Assembly (NCBI GenBank): GCA_003427395.1
Contig: BFEA01000045.1
Coordinates: forward strand, 2,709,592-2,773,591
Source of the DNA: Chara braunii
Lineage: Eukaryota > Plantae > Charophyceae
Direction of reading: 5' to 3'
DNA length: 64,000 bases
The first letter of the stretch is position 1. Each line of letters begins with the position of its first letter. The translations under genes were made by a program, and so were the position numbers. Below, one piece after another: positions 59,805 to 64,000 of this stretch. The notes under the pieces are model-generated. The model was given only the letters and a program-made list of their open reading frames with translations. It was not told the DNA's origin and searched no databases.

Positions 59805-61704
59805 GAGTAGGGAGCGTGATGGTCAATGCCATCAACACCAGTAGTATAACTGGTGGAGGACGGGTGGCGCATCCCCTAAAGCGCTTTTCGCCGCTTGCGC
59901 CTGTCACGGCTCATCAGAGGGTGTGGTTCCTCTGGCTCCCAGTGCTGGTGAGCGGGCAAGTGGTGAGGATTCGAGCAGTCGGTGTTCTGAGCCGAACTTA
60001 CCACGTGCTCGTTGGCTTCAGCTTCGGCGAAGTATTCATCCATAGCCGCCATTCCTGTCCACGTCCTTGATTGGAGATGGCCCGTTGTGATCGCAGTGTA
60101 AGGCTTCACTACCTACGATCTGCCGATCAGCACTCACAGCAGCAGCGTTTGTTCACGTGTGTGAACTATTAGCGACTGCTAATGAGAAAGAAGTATGGAG
60201 ATAGACAGCCTCCTTTCTCAGGTAGCTATAGAGGGTCTAGCCGTCCCGTCCGCAGTACCGAGTCTGAGGTTGGAGCGAGGAGAGCAGGGAGGGGAGGTAG
60301 TAACGCAGGCAGTAGCTTGCGCAACCAACCGTGGGTCGCTCCGGCTGAAGATGCGGATAAACCCATTGGCCGCTTACTTTTAAGCAGGTGTAGTGAGGTG
60401 GAGATGCAGCTGGATGGTGTAGAAGGTGTGTGCGGGTGTATGGGTATAGTTGGTGCGAGTGCAGGTGGTAGATTGCTGGGCTAGCGGGGTTGGGTAGTGT
60501 GTGGTAAGGGTGGCGAGTCGTGGGTGTGGTGGGGGTGTATGTAGTATGATTTTTGGATTCATCACGCCGGGGGGTGGTTGGAGAGTTTTTTTTTTGTTTT
60601 TGTTCTTCGTGGTATGGGGGGTGGTTGTGTATGTAAGGATGGAAGGTGTGTATTCTTTTGGTAAGCTATGTCTTTTTGGCGGGTTCTCAGAAGTCAGTTG
60701 TTCGTTTGTGCGCTCATGGGCGGGGTGGGTCAAGTTGTGTCCGTTTGAATTTGCAGAGCTTTGTACTTTATACTGTCTGCGTTTTGCTGTGACGTCACGT
60801 TTTCGGGTTGATTGTCTGTATGTGTTTCAGTCAGTAGTGGGAGGAAGGGCGTGTTATTTTTAAAAAATTAATTAATTGAGTATGCAAGTAATGTGTTGGC
60901 ATTGTTCTGGTATTTTTTTGCGTATGTGTTTTGTCGTTTTTGTTCTTGTTTTTTGTTCTCAGAGCGTGTGGCCTGTTTTGTGTTTTTTGTTTTTTGTTTT
61001 TGAGTTCTTGGTTCCTGCTAGCGTACGTCGCATTGCTCGTGTGTGGGTGTGCCTTCTTGCATTGGGGGTGCGAGTTTGGGGATGGTGGGCGGGAAGGTGG
61101 ACTCTGTTTATTTTGATATGAGGTCCCGGGTTGGTTGTGTGGGTCTATTTATTTTTCATGACTTTCATGTTTAACTGGTAGTGCATAGAGGGTTGTATGT
61201 TTGTGTCTGCAGGTCATATGTGGGTATTGTTCTGGTATTTTTGTCTGTATATGTGTTTTGTCGTTTTTGTTCTTGTTTTTTTGTTCTTAGTGCGTGTCGC
61301 CTAATTTTCTGTTTTTTGTTTTTTGATCTTTGGTTCTTGGTTCTTGCTTGCGTACGTCGAATTGCTCATGTGTGGGTGTGCTTTCTTTTATTGGGGGTGC
61401 GCGTTTGGGGATGGTGGGCGGGAAGGTGGTTTCTGTTTATTCTGTAGTAAGGTCCTGGGTTTATTGAGTGGGTCTTTTTTATCTTTCATTTTACATGTCC
61501 TTCCTACTTAATGGTAGTGCAGAGGGGGTTGTATTTTTTTGTCTGTAGTGGTGTACAGGTTTTTTTTTCATGCTTTGTTTAGTGTGTCAATGGAAGTATG
61601 CGGTAGGTTGTACTAACAATGTTGGTAGGTCTGTTAGTGGTGATTGTATGTGTGATGTTTATCAATTTTGATTTTGGTTGTTTGTGCTGGTAATTATGTG
61701 TGTG

Positions 61705-61766
<62 letters not shown>
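59805..61766 (-). repeat. Upstream pseudo-LTR, running into (CA)n and a gap
   Basis: Near-identical to 47790-49741. Confidence 0.92.
59874..59921 (-). ncRNA. Minimal type I hammerhead ribozyme with palindromic stem III
   Basis: CCCU CUGAUGA GCCG UGACAGGCGCAAG CGGC GAA AAGCGCUU U / AGGG. Stem I CCCU/AGGG, stem II GCCG/CGGC, palindrome AAGCGCUU; predicted cleavage between 59878 and 59877. Confidence 0.82.
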
Positions 61767-62223
61767 NNNNNNNNNNNNNNNNNNNNNNNNNNNNNNNNNN
61801 NNNNNNNNNNNNNNNNNNNNNNNNNNNNNNNNNNNNNNNNNNNNNNNNNNNNNNNNNNNNNNNNNNNNNNNNNNNNNNNNNNNNNNNNNNNNNNNNNNNN
61901 NNNNNNNNNNNNNNNNNNNNNNNNNNNNNNNNNNNNNNNNNNNNNNNNNNNNNNNNNNNNNNNNNNNNNNNNNNNNNNNNNNNNNNNNNNNNNNNNNNNN
62001 NNNNNNNNNNNNNNNNNNNNNNNNNNNNNNNNNNNNNNNNNNNNNNNNNNNNNNNNNNNNNNNNNNNNNTTTTTTTTTTTGCGAGGGGGTAGGGGAGCCC
62101 CCCCCGACTCGAAACCCACTCCCCTCTCCCAAAACCCCCTCCCCGATAGGCCACGGCCGCGCCCGAAAGTTCTCGGTCGGAGCGGCCATGGCCGGGGGGG
62201 TCCCGGCCTAGGCCAGCGGCCGC

Positions 62224-63133
62224 TGTCGGAGGGCGCGCTATCCCGGCCCTCCTCTGTGCACCAAGTCCCAACGTGATGCTAGTCACTCGCTCTGTTGCTG
62301 TGGCTTGTTAAACTATTATCGAACCTGTTACTATACTGATATATCCGAGTGGTGCCTTGGCTTGGACCAACCTTGTTTTAGCGCTCGTCCTCGACAAAAG
62401 GGGTGCGCCACAGCTCTTCCATTGGTCCACGAAGGCTCGGCGCCTGCTGTACAGCAAAGCACAACCGGCCTGTGGTCGTGGTAGCCGTCGGGCTCGCCCT
62501 GGGACGCGGAGTTGAAAAGACCGGCGCTGTCTTTTCTACTGCGCGCCGAACATGCCCTGGTCGAGTTATGGGTTAGATACGTAGGCTAGTTGTGACGGTC
62601 GAATAGGAGGGGCAAAGGAGGGAGAAAGAAAAGGGAAAGCAAGAAATAAAAGAGAAAAGAGGAAAAGAGAAGGGGAAAAGAAAATCGGGTATCAGAATGG
62701 CGCACTGATCTAGACCATTATTTTAGTCAGAGCCGATCTAGCGGCATCTGATCGTCGCTGTGTTATGATTTGTCTTTGTGCCCAAATTTTGTTATTCCAT
62801 TATTATTATTATTTTTATTCTTATTCTCAGACACGAGTTTTCTTTCGGTTCTCGTCGCTTCGTTGGGAGGCCAACGATTCCGGCTTCGAGATTTGACAGT
62901 GGTATTGCGGCCCTTTGTATATCCCATGTACGGGGTCAGCGTATTTATGCTCCGTGTGGTGGAACCCATGTAGCTATGATAAGCGGCAGATACAATCGGG
63001 TTTTAGACCTGTACGTGGATTTCTACCACTATCCGGGTTGAGCTGCGGCCTGGAGGAAATTCGAAGCGCTATCCTTTTTCCTTCTACAATTATTATTATT
63101 CTTATTATTCTTATTATTCTTATTATTCTCATT

Positions 63134-63164
<31 letters not shown>

Positions 63165-64000
63165 TTATTATTATTATTATTATTACTTCACTGGTTCGCA
63201 GACGTGGCCTTCCTTTTCCTGTCATCTCACGGGAAGGCCGACGGTTTGTATTTCGAACTCGGTGACCCACAACCTAAGTAAGCCAACCCCGCGTATACTG
63301 TCGGTGCGCTAGCTCTGAATTGACGCAGTGCGGTAAGACCCCAAAAAGAGGGCGACCCGCGGCCTCATCGGTCGGAGGAATATCACCCCCTGCAGAGGGT
63401 CATAAACCCCCTCCTTGCCATCGGACGTAGGTACCCATTAGGGGTAGCGTTTGGGTGTTTTTAATAGGAAGAAAATAGGTGGTTCGTAGTCCGTTATGGG
63501 ACCACCTCATCGCTGCAGTTGGTCAGTAGTAGAGTCGCGAAGTCCTGAAGGTGAAAGTAGCAAGCGGTCTAGTCTGTACTACGACCATTGAGCTGTGAAT
63601 TCTGACCCTTCAAAAAGAAATTTGATTGAGAATATTTGAATTTTTATTTTATTTTATATATATACACTTTAAATTATTATTTGAATTTTCTTCAGCACGC
63701 CGGGATCGCGGCTCTTCTAAGTCCTATAAAAGAGGGAGCCCTTGGGTCTCCCGGCAAGCGAGTGAGGCTATCGTGCTGCGGGTAGAGTGGTGGTGGCTCG
63801 CTGAGGTCCTCTGTTCCTGACGGATCTGAGTCTGGTTGGCCATCGCCCGCTCACGGGGTATGAGTGTGGGCGGAGCGCTAGTGCTGGCTATCTTGCGGCC
63901 AGTTAAAGGGCATCAGCTGGTTACCTCGTTGTGCTGGCGCAGCTAGCTTGGGACCAAGAAGTCAGGAGTAGTGGGTGTCTGTGCGATCCGGGTGGCTATT
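62224..64000 (+). mobile_element. 5' part of an LTR related to the 8152 insertion; runs off the window
   Basis: Starts TGTCGGAGGGC after CCGC. Collinear blocks shared with 8152-9600: TTCCATTGGTCCAC, CTGCTGTACAGCA.AGCACAACCGGCCTGTG, GAGTTATGGGTTAG, AAAAAGAGGGCGACCC, CCGTTATGGGACC and CCTATAA. Confidence 0.85.

Larger units (their letters stand above)
47790..61766 (-). mobile_element. Penelope-like retroelement (Chlamys/Naiad-type RT) with pseudo-LTRs, decayed
   Basis: ~1.9-kb direct repeats (47790-49741 and 59805-61766, offset 12,015 at the HHR end) lacking TG..CA ends; PLE-type RT with CxC linker; hammerheads in both repeats; (CA)n tracts. The 5' end is hidden in a gap. Confidence 0.88.

Noticed and set aside
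47790-61766. LTR retrotransposon reading of the 1.9-kb direct repeats
   Set aside because: No TG...CA ends, PBS, PPT, protease or integrase; the RT is PLE-type.
28567-62286. Long ORFs spanning N runs, microsatellites or poly-A/T tracts
   Set aside because: Artefacts of gaps (28615-29080, 39370-39659, 42212-42916, 47257-47499, 61767-62069) and low complexity; only the 41663-43751 gag flanks are real coding remnants.

Overview
Eukaryotic, repeat-saturated window with no recognisable host gene. The style of the Gypsy and Penelope-like proteins suggests a streptophyte alga such as Chara, but this is inference. The window is a nested pile of retroelements. (1) A decayed + strand Ty3/Gypsy element (gag-PR-RT-RNH-INT, about 2554-16785) has two paralogous accessory ORFs upstream and one ORF downstream. 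Its integrase is split by a 7,668-bp TG-started insertion without gag/pol (8152-15819, ACGT target duplication). Its putative 3' LTR from about 19391 is packed with tandem repeats, including a 173-bp satellite. (2) A second LTR-like insertion starts at 30993 inside the satellite. It carries two covarying type III hammerhead ribozymes on the minus strand (cleavage sites 272 nt apart) next to a 53-nt 26S/28S rRNA fragment, and a decayed gag-protease follows (40654-43804). (3) A third LTR end lies at 43805. (4) A ~14-kb minus-strand Penelope-like element has a Chlamys/Naiad-type CxC+RT, a large upstream ORF with a GRF-like zinc finger, and ~1.9-kb pseudo-LTRs 12,015 bp apart, each holding a minimal type I hammerhead with a palindromic stem III. 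(5) A fourth LTR start at 62224 is related to the one at 8152. All four LTR insertions sit next to a 4-mer with a central CpG. Five N gaps limit boundary calls, and all alignments were done by eye.
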